A stretch of 62,482 bases of DNA, from the NCBI GenBank assembly GCA_963776275.1, contig CAVZMI010000010.1, positions 1 through 62,482 of the forward strand, given 5' to 3'. The DNA comes from Ignavibacteriota bacterium. GTDB taxonomy: Bacteria > Bacteroidota > Ignavibacteria > UBA10030 > CAVZMI01. The notes under the pieces were generated by a model. The model was not told the origin of the DNA, made no database searches, and saw only the letters and a list, made by a program, of their open reading frames with translations. The position numbers were made by a program, and so were the translations under genes. Below, piece by piece: positions 1-10,455 of this stretch; the first letter of the stretch is position 1, and each line of letters opens with the position of its first letter.

Positions 1-2
1 CC

Positions 3-569
3 ATGCATAAATGGCATTATCATCCGGGCATTGAAGCATTGCGATCTGTCGTTCAATCGGGAAGGATAGGGGAATTAGAGGTACTATCGGTGACCCGGCA
101 TGCATGGGTTGACGATTTTCATTGCGGAGATGTTTTCTGGACGCAAGTCGTGCACGATCTGACCATCGTCAAACATCTTCTAGGGTATATTCCAGACAAG
201 GTTCGGGCGATCAAGGTTTGCATGAACGAAGATGGATTGCCTGTCAGTTTTTCAGCCATGATAGGTGACAGGCCGACCGTAGTTATTTCCACCAGCGGCC
301 GGCACTATGAAAAAATAAGCGGCGTTAGTATCCAGGGGAAAAAAGGGTCGGCGGGGCTGTATAACGCGTATGACGATCATATTAAAATTAGAGATGAGAG
401 GGGCGAAGAAAAGATATCGATCGATACGACGTTTCCTCTCTACCTGGAATTAAAAGAATTTGTAGAATATTTGAGTGGCGGTCCCAGGCCCCGGTGTGGT
501 CTTCAAGATGCAAAAGAGGTAACCGAAGCGATATTACTTCTGAGGAAAAGTGCCGGCCTCAAACATTGA
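3..569 (+). CDS. Gfo/Idh/MocA-family oxidoreductase, C-terminal part (begins before the window)
   Basis: HKWHYHP...SGRIGEL and QVVHDL motifs and the C-terminal ELKEF helix are typical of the family; the Rossmann N-terminus is absent. Confidence 0.75.
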   Translation: MHKWHYHPGIEALRSVVQSGRIGELEVLSVTRHAWVDDFHCGDVFWTQVVHDLTIVKHLLGYIPDKVRAIKVCMNEDGLPVSFSAMIGDRPTVVISTSGRHYEKISGVSIQGKKGSAGLYNAYDDHIKIRDERGEEKISIDTTFPLYLELKEFVEYLSGGPRPRCGLQDAKEVTEAILLLRKSAGLKH

Positions 570-598
570 TCCACGATATATCGAATTAAAGAGATTCC

Positions 599-1681
599 AT
601 GAAAGACAGTCAATTTAAAATATTTGGTCCGTCGAAAGTAAAGCAGGATCACCATAGAATAGAATCCTATCTGCGGGGTGAACAAATTTATCCTACGACG
701 ATGGAAATGGACTTGACCCAGCTCTGCACACGTTCGTGTTCGGGATGTCCATACTCCGGTTCACGAAGACCGGGTCTTACATTGCAGATCCCTTTTATCG
801 ACAGGTTATTCAGTATCCTGGGTCCTCATACTCCCGGTATAGTCCTTTCCGGCGGGGAATCGACCATCGTGCCACACTTTCCGAAGGTATTGCGGACGGC
901 GAGGGAAAAGGGGTTCAGGGAAATTGCCGTCATTTCGAACGGAGCCAACATCCACAAACCCGAGGTCCAGGACGCCCTGATGGAATATGGTACTTCAATT
1001 CGAATATCGATGTATGATTGGCAGGACGGCGAATCGGTGCATTTCAAGACCACACTGCAAAAAATCCAGGGACTTCGCGACCGGATCGAAAAGGAAGGGA
1101 GTAAGCTGGAAATCGGGGCTTCGATATTGACGCAGACTGAATGGAACCATCGGTATGAACCGGTCGGGCTGCAGGCACTCTCTGCCGGAATAGACTGGTT
1201 GTACTTTCATCCATATTGCATCGATTGGGATCAGAAATACCCTGTACAGGCAAATCAGACGGGCGTCATAAAGGCAATCGAACACCTGAAAAAAATAGCA
1301 CCGAAAGATGCAAACATACAAATTCCCTACGAGCGATATGATACCAGGCCCCTCTATTTTGAGAAACTCCATGGTTCTTTCTTCCTGATCCAGATTGGTG
1401 CGAACGGCGTGAATTATGCCGGGCCCGAGTCGAAGTACGAAGAGGATTCCGAATTATTGAATCTTAACGAATATCTCGAAGATGATTTTTTATGGCATCC
1501 TCAGAGAATCGATCGGCTCAATAAAATTAACAGCGATAATTATCGCTTCCAGGGTACAAAACACAGACCGCCGGTGTTCAGCGACTATATCCAAAAGTTG
1601 ATACAGCTTGGGGACTATACCAAGGCGGTCGAATACATCGAAGATACCCCTGATCATTTCGCTTACCCCAACATTATTTAA
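599..1681 (+). CDS. Radical SAM protein
   Basis: CTRSCSGC (CxxxCxxC), LSGGES and ISNG motifs. Confidence 0.85.
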   Translation: MKDSQFKIFGPSKVKQDHHRIESYLRGEQIYPTTMEMDLTQLCTRSCSGCPYSGSRRPGLTLQIPFIDRLFSILGPHTPGIVLSGGESTIVPHFPKVLRTAREKGFREIAVISNGANIHKPEVQDALMEYGTSIRISMYDWQDGESVHFKTTLQKIQGLRDRIEKEGSKLEIGASILTQTEWNHRYEPVGLQALSAGIDWLYFHPYCIDWDQKYPVQANQTGVIKAIEHLKKIAPKDANIQIPYERYDTRPLYFEKLHGSFFLIQIGANGVNYAGPESKYEEDSELLNLNEYLEDDFLWHPQRIDRLNKINSDNYRFQGTKHRPPVFSDYIQKLIQLGDYTKAVEYIEDTPDHFAYPNII

Positions 1682-1692
1682 GCTCATGCTCT

Positions 1693-2604
1693 ATGGAAAC
1701 AAGAGCGACAGTAATCATACCGACCTTCGGGGACGCTAAATTTGCCCAATGGGCAATAAGAAGTGTCCGTGATCAGACGGTCGCCGACATCGAAATCTGC
1801 ATCATTTGTGATGGGTCGCCGGACCATATGGTCTCTTTTTTTAAATCCATGGAAAAGGAAGACCATCGTATCAAGATTTTTACATTTCCAAAATCGCCAC
1901 GAACCGGAGAACCTTACCGGGATATCGTCATTAAACAGACTACCGGGAAAAATATTTTTTACTGCAGTCATGATGACCTATGGCTTCCAGATCACGTCCA
2001 GGAGCTCGAAAATTCGCTCTTCAAATACCGGTTTACCCATTCTCTTCCGACATGTGTACTCGTGCCGGAGAATATGATCGAAGAGTTCCACTTCCCGATC
2101 AGTGTTGGTTGGTTTGATTTAACAAAGAAGAAAAATAGAAGAAAATTACTCAAGGGACATGACTATTTTCCTTTATCGTTTGGGGGACACACCAGGCAAT
2201 GCTACGCTGAGTTGGACGAAGGTTGGGTCACCACTCCCGGTAAAGATATCGCAACGGATGTTTACATGTGGCGTAAATTTGTCTCGGCAAATCCAGACCA
2301 ATGTTTAACCACGATGAAGGTGACGGCGTTGAAATTTCCGTATCCTCTAAGAAAAAACTGGTCGGAAGACAAGCGTGATGCAGAATTAAAATTTTATTAT
2401 GGGAAAATACACGATCCGGACTTCATACGGATGATCGATGGATATACGGATGGCGTGTGCCCTCCGCACTTTCAAGTAATACTGAGAAATGGATTATCGA
2501 AATGGAGGGAGTCAAAATCCAGCGTTTCAAAAGTGTGGGAAGTATATAAAGCTGATGGATTTTTCGTTTTACTAAAAAAAATAAAAGATGCCCTGAGTAT
2601 ATAA
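1693..2604 (+). CDS. Glycosyltransferase family 2
   Basis: N-terminal VIIPTF, ICDGSPD and SHDD (DxD-like) motifs. Confidence 0.85.
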   Translation: METRATVIIPTFGDAKFAQWAIRSVRDQTVADIEICIICDGSPDHMVSFFKSMEKEDHRIKIFTFPKSPRTGEPYRDIVIKQTTGKNIFYCSHDDLWLPDHVQELENSLFKYRFTHSLPTCVLVPENMIEEFHFPISVGWFDLTKKKNRRKLLKGHDYFPLSFGGHTRQCYAELDEGWVTTPGKDIATDVYMWRKFVSANPDQCLTTMKVTALKFPYPLRKNWSEDKRDAELKFYYGKIHDPDFIRMIDGYTDGVCPPHFQVILRNGLSKWRESKSSVSKVWEVYKADGFFVLLKKIKDALSI

Positions 2605-2787
2605 GGAAATTCGAGTTGGTGGGGACAGCCGTACGCGATACCCAAAGGGTATATCGATTGCATGATACGCCAACCCGATTCGTTCGAGTTCCCCCCGGGT
2701 TTTATCTCCTCACTTTTAGAGCCGGGTAAAAACTCTAGAAAATAAATCCAATGATGCTGCTACGATAATATAATTCAATTCTTCACT

Positions 2788-4575
2788 ATGAAACTGAAAC
2801 TACTCTTCATCGTTACCCTTATTTTTCTGGAATCCGGTCACGCCCAGTTCCTTATTCAAAACATCGAATGGAGAGCGGCCACCACACTGAACGGCCCATG
2901 GCAGGCGATAATCGATCCGTACGAAAACGGCTTCTACAGCTATCGCTACGAGCCCAGAAGTGACGGTTATTTCAAAAACCAGAAACCCGCGACGAAGAGC
3001 GATCTCGTCGAGTACGATTTCGACAAATCCGGGCAATTGAATGTCCCGGGTGATTGGAATTCACAGCGCGAAATTCTCTTTCTCTATGAAGGCACCGTCT
3101 GGTATAAACGCTCGTTCGACTACGCTGTCGATTCATCCAGGAAGCTTTTTCTTAATTTTGGCGCCGCGAATTATGAAGCGATCGTCTATCTCAATGGAGA
3201 AAAAATCGGAGAGCATCGAGGTGGTTTTACTCCGTTCTGTTTTGAAATAACCGGCCGCGTTCGTGCGAAGGATAACTTCATTGTTGTGAAAGTCGATAAC
3301 AGCCGGCACCGCGAAGGAGTACCGACGCTCAACACCGACTGGTGGAATTACGGCGGTTTGACAAGAGACGTTCAGCTTGTCGATGTCCCTTCGACATTCA
3401 TCCGCGACTATTTCATACAGCTCGCCCCGTATTCACCGGATACCGTTGCCGGATGGATTGAATTACATGGAGTGATGCTGAGCCAACGTGTGGTCATTAC
3501 AATTCCGGAAGCCGGGATACAATACACTTGCATGACGGATCAACAGGGGAGAGCCGCGTTTCGTTTTCCTGCACGATGTACCTGTTGGTCTCCCGACAAT
3601 CCGAAGCTGTATGAGGTTCACGTCGCCGCTGAAACCGATTCCGTTGTCGATCGGATCGGTTTCAGAAGCATCAGAACGCGCGGGACCGAGATATTATTAA
3701 ACGGGACACCAATCTTCCTCAGGGGGATATCGATTCATGAAGAGGCACCGTTCCGCGGCGGACGTGCAACCACAACGGAAGACGCACGAACACTTCTCGG
3801 ATGGGCAAAAGAGCTCGAATGCAATTTCGTTCGTCTTGCCCACTATCCTCATAATGAACATACGATCCGTGAGGCCGAGAGAATGGGGTTGCTGGTCTGG
3901 TCAGAGATCCCGGTGTACTGGACAATATTATGGAAAAATCCTGAGACATACCGGCTTGCTGAACAGCAGCTCACCGAGATGATCGGACGCGATAAAAACC
4001 GGGCTCCTATTATCATATGGTCGGTGGCCAATGAAACTCCACGTTCTCCTGAAAGGCTTAACTTTTTAAAAAAGCTGATCGTGAAAGCAAGGTCACTCGA
4101 TCCGACACGATTGATAAGTGCAGCAACAGAATTAACTGCCCATGGTTCCGACATTATCATTGACGATCCGCTGTGTAGTGAACTTGATATCATCGGTGCG
4201 AATGAATACTTCGGCTGGTACAGCGGTACACCGGAAGAGATTCCGCAGAAGAAATGGCGGGCACTCTACGAGAAGCCGCTTGTAATCTCTGAATTCGGTG
4301 GCGATGCGCTTCAGGGTTATCACGATACTCCCGATACACGCTGGACGGAAGATTACCAGTCGGCATTGTACAAATTTCAGCTTGAAATGTTGTATTCTAT
4401 TCCGTTTCTGCGGGGGATGAGTCCGTGGATTCTTACCGACTTCCGCTCCCCGCGTCGTCCGCTCCCCAGCATACAGGACTTCTGGAATCGGAAAGGATTG
4501 ATTTCAAACCATGGCGTTAAGAAAGATGCATTTTTTATTTTGCAATCGTTCTATAGGGAATGGAACCTAAAATAG
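2788..4575 (+). CDS. uidA: Secreted GH2 beta-glucuronidase
   Basis: Signal peptide; DWWNYGGL, RLAHYP, WSVANE (acid/base), ISEFG (nucleophile) and WNRKG (N-K motif of glucuronidases). Confidence 0.85.
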   Translation: MKLKLLFIVTLIFLESGHAQFLIQNIEWRAATTLNGPWQAIIDPYENGFYSYRYEPRSDGYFKNQKPATKSDLVEYDFDKSGQLNVPGDWNSQREILFLYEGTVWYKRSFDYAVDSSRKLFLNFGAANYEAIVYLNGEKIGEHRGGFTPFCFEITGRVRAKDNFIVVKVDNSRHREGVPTLNTDWWNYGGLTRDVQLVDVPSTFIRDYFIQLAPYSPDTVAGWIELHGVMLSQRVVITIPEAGIQYTCMTDQQGRAAFRFPARCTCWSPDNPKLYEVHVAAETDSVVDRIGFRSIRTRGTEILLNGTPIFLRGISIHEEAPFRGGRATTTEDARTLLGWAKELECNFVRLAHYPHNEHTIREAERMGLLVWSEIPVYWTILWKNPETYRLAEQQLTEMIGRDKNRAPIIIWSVANETPRSPERLNFLKKLIVKARSLDPTRLISAATELTAHGSDIIIDDPLCSELDIIGANEYFGWYSGTPEEIPQKKWRALYEKPLVISEFGGDALQGYHDTPDTRWTEDYQSALYKFQLEMLYSIPFLRGMSPWILTDFRSPRRPLPSIQDFWNRKGLISNHGVKKDAFFILQSFYREWNLK

Positions 4576-4952
4576 CCATCACTGAAAAAACCAGAATAAG
4601 TCGTTCCAATCTCATCTTCTATCTATTTCTCTGCCATTCGGTTCTGTTCCCTACATCCGGGCGATGGTGAATCTACCCGACGGAAAACTCAAGAATTTCA
4701 AGGTTTTTTTGGTTTTTATTATTTTTACTAATAGAAAGCAGGATTTTGCCGTATAGCTTCCCTCTCCCGTGAGCCATTTATCTCAAACTCACCTACTTTC
4801 TTGTAAGATTTCTATGTCAGGATTAAAGTTTTTATGGGAAATGCTCGATAATAGTCAATAGATGATGATCCGGGAACTAAAAAAACCTTCTTCCATCTGG
4901 ATTATTCACAAACATTTCTCGATTTCATGTACCGGGTAAACGATGGAGAAAT

Positions 4953-6095
4953 ATGAAAAAAGTAGTCGAAGATAAGGGAATGATTTTAGTGGTGGATGAT
5001 GCACCGGAGAGTGTTACCGAGGCGCTGGCGGCGTTAAAAAAAGAAGGATATATGGTCTCTCTTACGACAAACGGGGAGGAAGCACTGCAGCAGCCCGGAG
5101 TCGAGATGCTTGACCTGATTCTCCTTGATACCAAAATGAACGGAACCGACGTGACTCAAATTTTCCGGGAGTTCAAAGCACAGGAAACAACACGCGCTAT
5201 TCCGATAATATTGGTTTCGGATTCGGTCGAAGCATTTGATAAAGAGAAAGCTTATGCCCTAGGCGCCGTGGACTACCTGGTTAAACCGATACCGTCCGAA
5301 GAGCTGCTCGCCCGGGTCAATATGCATATTATGATTAACCAGCTTGGGAAAGGCCTTCTTGAAGCGAACAAGTACCTGAAAGAACAGTTGACAGATACTA
5401 CAACGAAATTCGCCAAAGTCGATGCCGATCTACGCTTATCAATTGCAGAACGTACACAAACAGATGAAGAGCTTCAATTTGCAAATGCCATGCTCAAGTC
5501 ACAGCAAGAATTATTTCAGGATGGGGTTCTTGTTGTGGATAAAGAAGGCAAAATGATCTCCTGCAATAAACGATTCGTCGACATGTGGAAAATCCCGACA
5601 GCCGCCATGGTCTCGATGTACGATGACAATGTATTCAAACCGGTATTGAGTAAATTGGCAAAACCCGATGAACTGCTCACCCGAATAAATTACCTTAACG
5701 AGCATCTTGATGAAAAAAGCTTCGATGAGCTTAAGCTAAACGATGGGAGTGTTTTCGAACATAGCTCTGCACCGGTATTTGGTCCGGATTGGAAGTACTA
5801 CGGCCGGATATGGAATTTTCGTGATATCACCAATCGTAAGCGGGAAGAGGAAGAGTTTAAAAAAGCGAACGAAGAATTGGAACAGCTGCGTGATCGGACG
5901 ATCCAACTTGATGGATCGGTTCTCAAACTCCGGCAGGAAGTTACAGATCGGAAACGTAGTGAGGAGGAAATAAGGAAAATTCACGACGGATTGAAGAAGC
6001 GAATACAGGATCGGGCGACACAGCTCGAGGAATCGGTCCGTAGACTGCGCCAGGAAATCAACCAGCGGGATCAACCGGATAAAGAGCAACGATAA
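4953..6095 (+). CDS. Receiver-PAS-coiled-coil signalling protein
   Basis: ILVVDD, LILLD and DYLVKP receiver motifs; PAS/PAC ending FRDITNRK; heptad-rich tail. Confidence 0.8.
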   Translation: MKKVVEDKGMILVVDDAPESVTEALAALKKEGYMVSLTTNGEEALQQPGVEMLDLILLDTKMNGTDVTQIFREFKAQETTRAIPIILVSDSVEAFDKEKAYALGAVDYLVKPIPSEELLARVNMHIMINQLGKGLLEANKYLKEQLTDTTTKFAKVDADLRLSIAERTQTDEELQFANAMLKSQQELFQDGVLVVDKEGKMISCNKRFVDMWKIPTAAMVSMYDDNVFKPVLSKLAKPDELLTRINYLNEHLDEKSFDELKLNDGSVFEHSSAPVFGPDWKYYGRIWNFRDITNRKREEEEFKKANEELEQLRDRTIQLDGSVLKLRQEVTDRKRSEEEIRKIHDGLKKRIQDRATQLEESVRRLRQEINQRDQPDKEQR

Positions 6096-6322
6096 TCGGG
6101 AAAGTGCTCCATTTCATCAACCCTCTGTATGCCTAGCTGTAATATCATAGGTGCAACGCCTTTCCGAAGAAAGCCCTGTTCATCACAAAAATATTAAGAC
6201 GAGCTCTTTCCAGCCTTGACTTTCATGGAAAATCATCTCTTTCTTCTCGTTGTTTCTCCCAGTCGTTTTTCGTATATTGACTGAGTATTTCTTGCTTATT
6301 ATACCTGTGAAAAAGGAGGTTC

Positions 6323-7333
6323 GTGTACCGGATCACACTTATTCCCGGCGATGGAATAGGCCCCGACATTACCTCAGCTGCCATCCGTATAGTTGAAGCG
6401 ACAGGTGTGAAAGTCGAGTGGGAGAGAGTTGAAGCCGGAATGTCGGCGATTGAGAAATACAAAGATCCTCTTCCTCAACAGGTTATCGATTCAATTCTTC
6501 GTAATAAAGTGGCCCTGAAAGGACCGTTGACGACTCCCGTCGGTTCAGGTTTCCGCTCGGTGAATGTTGCATTGCGTAAAGAATTCGATCTCTATATTAA
6601 TCTTCGTCCTTGCCGCTCGTTTAAGGGTATCAGAAGTCATTATGAGAATATCGATCTGGTAACCGTGAGAGAAAACACGGAGGAATTCTATGCAGGAATC
6701 GAGCATTACATTGACCCGCAGAGAAGTGCAGCGGAGACAATCGGTATCGTGACTAAGAGCGGCTCCGAACGGATTCTCCGCGCAGCATTCGAGTACGCAA
6801 AGAAAAACGGACGAAAAAAAGTTACAATCGTTCATAAGGCAAATATTTTAAAATACACAGGCGGACTTTTCCTCGAGGTTGGAAAGAAAATCGCCCGCGA
6901 ATATCCCGATATTGAAACCAATGATAGGATCATCGACAATATGGCCATGCAGATGGTGATGAATCCGTATCAATTCGATGTCATCGTCACTACAAATCTC
7001 TTTGGGGACATCCTTTCGGATCTTGCTTCAGGACTCGTCGGTGGTCTGGGAATGGCACCCGGAGCAAATATCGGGTATACCACGGCGATTTTTGAAGCTG
7101 TCCATGGCAGTGCGCCGGATATCGCCGGATTGAATATAGCGAATCCGTGCGCCGTCATACTTGCCGCAGCGATGATGCTCAGGCATCTTGAAGAAGAGAA
7201 AGCAGCCAAAAGCATCGAGCTGGCGGTAGCAACAGTTCTCCAGGAAGGGAAAGCCATCACACGTGATATTAATCCGCAGTCGTATGTCGGAACACATGAG
7301 ATGACTGAAGCCATCATCTCAAAACTGGTGTAA
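6323..7333 (+). CDS. Isocitrate/isopropylmalate dehydrogenase family, probably NAD-dependent isocitrate dehydrogenase
   Basis: [32 protein letters not shown] and [12 protein letters not shown] motifs; AGGAGG before the GTG start. Confidence 0.9.
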   Translation: MYRITLIPGDGIGPDITSAAIRIVEATGVKVEWERVEAGMSAIEKYKDPLPQQVIDSILRNKVALKGPLTTPVGSGFRSVNVALRKEFDLYINLRPCRSFKGIRSHYENIDLVTVRENTEEFYAGIEHYIDPQRSAAETIGIVTKSGSERILRAAFEYAKKNGRKKVTIVHKANILKYTGGLFLEVGKKIAREYPDIETNDRIIDNMAMQMVMNPYQFDVIVTTNLFGDILSDLASGLVGGLGMAPGANIGYTTAIFEAVHGSAPDIAGLNIANPCAVILAAAMMLRHLEEEKAAKSIELAVATVLQEGKAITRDINPQSYVGTHEMTEAIISKLV

Positions 7334-7350
7334 TCTGCCAAGGAGGATCT

Positions 7351-8136
7351 ATGCGTAAATATGCTTTATTCATCGTTGTGATCATGATGATGATGGTAAG
7401 TATGCAGTGCAGTAATCCACCCGGGACACAATTGAACAATGGAGTGAAGATCCAATGGCTCGGCCATTCGGCATTCCGCATTGAATCGCCCAAGGGAAAG
7501 ATCATACTGATCGATCCCTGGCTTCAAAATCCTAAAGCCCCGGCTGGGATACATACCATAGCCAAAGCGAACCTTATTCTGATAACCAGTGGTCACGATG
7601 ATCATATCGGCAATACGATCGATTTACAGAAAATTACCGGTGCAAAAGTCGTTTGTGTGTCCGAAATCGGACTATATCTTGCCGACCAGGGAATCAATAA
7701 CCTCCTTCCGATGGATATCGGCGGAACGTATGAATTCGAAGGGATCAAGATTCATATGGTGCCCGCGATGCACAGTTCCGGAATTATCGTCGGCGGGAAG
7801 GTACTGGCGGGAGGAGCTGCAGCCGGATTTGTTGTGCAGCTCGAAAATGGTTTTACAATTTATTATACGGGGGATACGGGCCTATTCGGTGATATGCGGT
7901 TAATCGGCGAGTACTATAAGCCTGATGTTGCGATACTTCCGATAGGCGGACTCGAAACGATGGGGCCGAAGGAAGCAGCCAAAGCAAGCGAATTAATTCT
8001 CGCGCGCTATTACGTGCCGATGGATTACGGGACTTTTTCCACGATGACCGGAACGCCGGCGGAATATCGGAATGCAATGCGGGGTGATCTACAATCACAT
8101 GTCGTCGAGTTAGTACCCGGTGTTCTTTGGCAATGA
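7351..8136 (+). CDS. Metallo-beta-lactamase-fold hydrolase (UPF0173-like) with N-terminal signal
   Basis: [27 protein letters not shown] and LPIGG motifs. Confidence 0.8.
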   Translation: MRKYALFIVVIMMMMVSMQCSNPPGTQLNNGVKIQWLGHSAFRIESPKGKIILIDPWLQNPKAPAGIHTIAKANLILITSGHDDHIGNTIDLQKITGAKVVCVSEIGLYLADQGINNLLPMDIGGTYEFEGIKIHMVPAMHSSGIIVGGKVLAGGAAAGFVVQLENGFTIYYTGDTGLFGDMRLIGEYYKPDVAILPIGGLETMGPKEAAKASELILARYYVPMDYGTFSTMTGTPAEYRNAMRGDLQSHVVELVPGVLWQ

Positions 8137-9422
8137 GGAAATCTCCACTTTTTATTATCTTCACTACAATTTTTGTAGATCTGGTCGGATTTGGAATTGT
8201 CCTGCCAGTGCTACCGCTGTATGCCCGGACCTTCGGTGCGAGTCCGCTCATTATCGGAGTGATCGTTGCATCATTCTCATTGATGCAATTTTTTTTCATG
8301 CCGGTATGGGGCAGAGTCTCTGACCGTATCGGCCGCCGTCCGGTTATCCTATGGAGTCTTGTCGCATCGGCAATCTCATACCTGATATACGGATTTGCTC
8401 ATTCATTAGTCGTCCTTATCATTTCTCGTGTTTTTGCCGGAATTGCAGGTGCGACTGTCTCGACCGCACAGGCATACATTGCCGATGTGACGACATCCGA
8501 AAATCGGGCGAAGGGAATGGGGTTGATCGGTGCAGCATTTGGTCTTGGATTTATCTTTGGTCCTGTCATCGGCGGTATTCTCAGTGAACCGGGGCTTATA
8601 CTCAGGCACATCTCAAGTATACTTCACAACGGAGTGTTCGAAGGATTTGCACGATGGCTCGATGGTCAAAGCGCTGTAATTGGTCTCTCCGCTGAAGGCG
8701 GAGTGAGGTTTGATATTCCTGCATTATTTGCGGCGGCACTATGTCTTGGAAATGCGATCCTGGCTTATTTCCGTTTGCCCGAATCTCTTTCACCGGAACA
8801 TCGAAGCGTCAAGGCGATGCGGACTGTTTCCCGAAAAGTGCTTTTCCATGCTCTTTTCAAACCGTATCTCGGTGTTCTTCTGCTCCTGTTTTTTATCACA
8901 ACGTTTTCCTATGCGAATACTTATGGCACGCTTCCACTGTTTACCGGACAGGCCATGCAGCTCTCGGCATCGGAGAACGGATATCTCTTTGCATTCATGG
9001 GATTGATCACAGCAGTAATGCAGGGAGGGTTTATAGGAAGACTGACGAAAGTATTTGGGGAACGCCGTCTTCTTTTAATCGGTTGTATGTCTATGGTGGT
9101 CGGTTTTACCCTTCTTGCTTTTTCATCGACCACAGTGATGCTGGCAGGTGCGGTAATATTTTTAAGCTCTGGAACGGGTATGTGCAATCCGATCATTCCA
9201 AGTCTCATAACACAGGAGAGTGATCCGCGTGAGCATGGATCGATGCTTGGAATTTCACAGTCGTTTTCAAGTCTCGGACGGGTTCTCGGTCCCACGTGGG
9301 GAGGATTGACCTACGACAGGCTTGGTCATCAATGGCCATTTTTTACCGCCGCTATGTTCATGACAGTCGCTTCATTCCTGGGTTTCAGAATTCTACATCA
9401 GCGTAGAATAAAAGTCGAGTGA
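8133..9422 (+). CDS. MFS transporter, TetA/DHA1-like
   Basis: Motif A GRVSDRIGRRP, AYIAD, about 12 hydrophobic segments; ATGA overlap with the upstream stop. Confidence 0.9.
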   Translation: MRKSPLFIIFTTIFVDLVGFGIVLPVLPLYARTFGASPLIIGVIVASFSLMQFFFMPVWGRVSDRIGRRPVILWSLVASAISYLIYGFAHSLVVLIISRVFAGIAGATVSTAQAYIADVTTSENRAKGMGLIGAAFGLGFIFGPVIGGILSEPGLILRHISSILHNGVFEGFARWLDGQSAVIGLSAEGGVRFDIPALFAAALCLGNAILAYFRLPESLSPEHRSVKAMRTVSRKVLFHALFKPYLGVLLLLFFITTFSYANTYGTLPLFTGQAMQLSASENGYLFAFMGLITAVMQGGFIGRLTKVFGERRLLLIGCMSMVVGFTLLAFSSTTVMLAGAVIFLSSGTGMCNPIIPSLITQESDPREHGSMLGISQSFSSLGRVLGPTWGGLTYDRLGHQWPFFTAAMFMTVASFLGFRILHQRRIKVE

Positions 9423-9426
9423 TATC

Positions 9427-10440
9427 ATGCTGATAGGTTCGATACATATTAACGAGGGAATTCTTCTGGCACCGATGGAGGATGTGACCGATCTTCCGTT
9501 CCGCTTGATCTGTAAAAGGATGGGCGCCGATATTGTATATACAGAATTTGTCAATTCGGAAGGGTTGGTACGCTCACGAAAAAAGACTCAGCAGAAACTC
9601 GATCTCTGTGATGAAGAGCGCCCGGTTGCTATTCAAATTTATGGGAGTGAAATTGGTTCGATGGTCGGAGCGGCGCGGATTGCCGAAGCCGCCAAACCAG
9701 ATTTTATCGATATCAACGCCGGATGCTGGGTGAAAGATATTGCCGGACGTGGAGCAGGTGCCGGCCTCCTGCGCGACCTGCCACGAATGGAAGCTATCGC
9801 TCGTGAAGTCCTTCAGACGGTTTCATTGCCGGTAACGCTGAAAACCCGTCTAGGGTGGGATGCCGACTCGATCTATATTGTGGATGTGACAAAAATGCTC
9901 CAGGATGCGGGAATCTGTGCACTGACAATCCACTGCCGTACACGCTCGCAAGGACACAAAGGTGAACCGGACTGGAATTGGATTCAGGAGGTGAAGAAAA
10001 ATGTTTCAATCCCGATCATTGCCAATGGGGGCATCGATACACCGCAGCGTGTCGAGCATGTTCTTCGAGAAATCGGTGCCGATGCCGTGATGATCGGTCA
10101 GGGAGCTATCGACAACCCCTGGATATTCAAGCAGGCAAAACATTATTGTGCGACACACGAGCTGTTGCCCGAACCGACTGTACACGAACGAATAGGCCTG
10201 GCGCTCGAACATTTACATCTCAGTGTTTCATACAAAGGCGAAAGGTACGGCGCGATTGAAATGCGGAAACATTACAGCGGATATCTGAAAGGATTATACA
10301 ACGGTGCGAAGCTGCGACTTTATCTCATGCAATTCACTGAAATAGCCCCGATCGAAGAATCCCTCCGTAATTTTGCGGGACGCTATGAAGATTCACTCCC
10401 TGATTCGTATCATCATGAATCAAGTACGCATGCAGAATAA
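9427..10440 (+). CDS. dusB: tRNA-dihydrouridine synthase
   Basis: LAPMEDVTD, IDINAGC, KTRLGWD, IHCRT and IANGGI motifs. Confidence 0.9.
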   Translation: MLIGSIHINEGILLAPMEDVTDLPFRLICKRMGADIVYTEFVNSEGLVRSRKKTQQKLDLCDEERPVAIQIYGSEIGSMVGAARIAEAAKPDFIDINAGCWVKDIAGRGAGAGLLRDLPRMEAIAREVLQTVSLPVTLKTRLGWDADSIYIVDVTKMLQDAGICALTIHCRTRSQGHKGEPDWNWIQEVKKNVSIPIIANGGIDTPQRVEHVLREIGADAVMIGQGAIDNPWIFKQAKHYCATHELLPEPTVHERIGLALEHLHLSVSYKGERYGAIEMRKHYSGYLKGLYNGAKLRLYLMQFTEIAPIEESLRNFAGRYEDSLPDSYHHESSTHAE

Positions 10441-10455
10441 TCTCCTGGTTATACT

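Noticed and set aside
2610-2735. tRNA-like or structured element after the GT2 gene
   Set aside because: Only short hairpins and a GTTCGAG; no cloverleaf can be built
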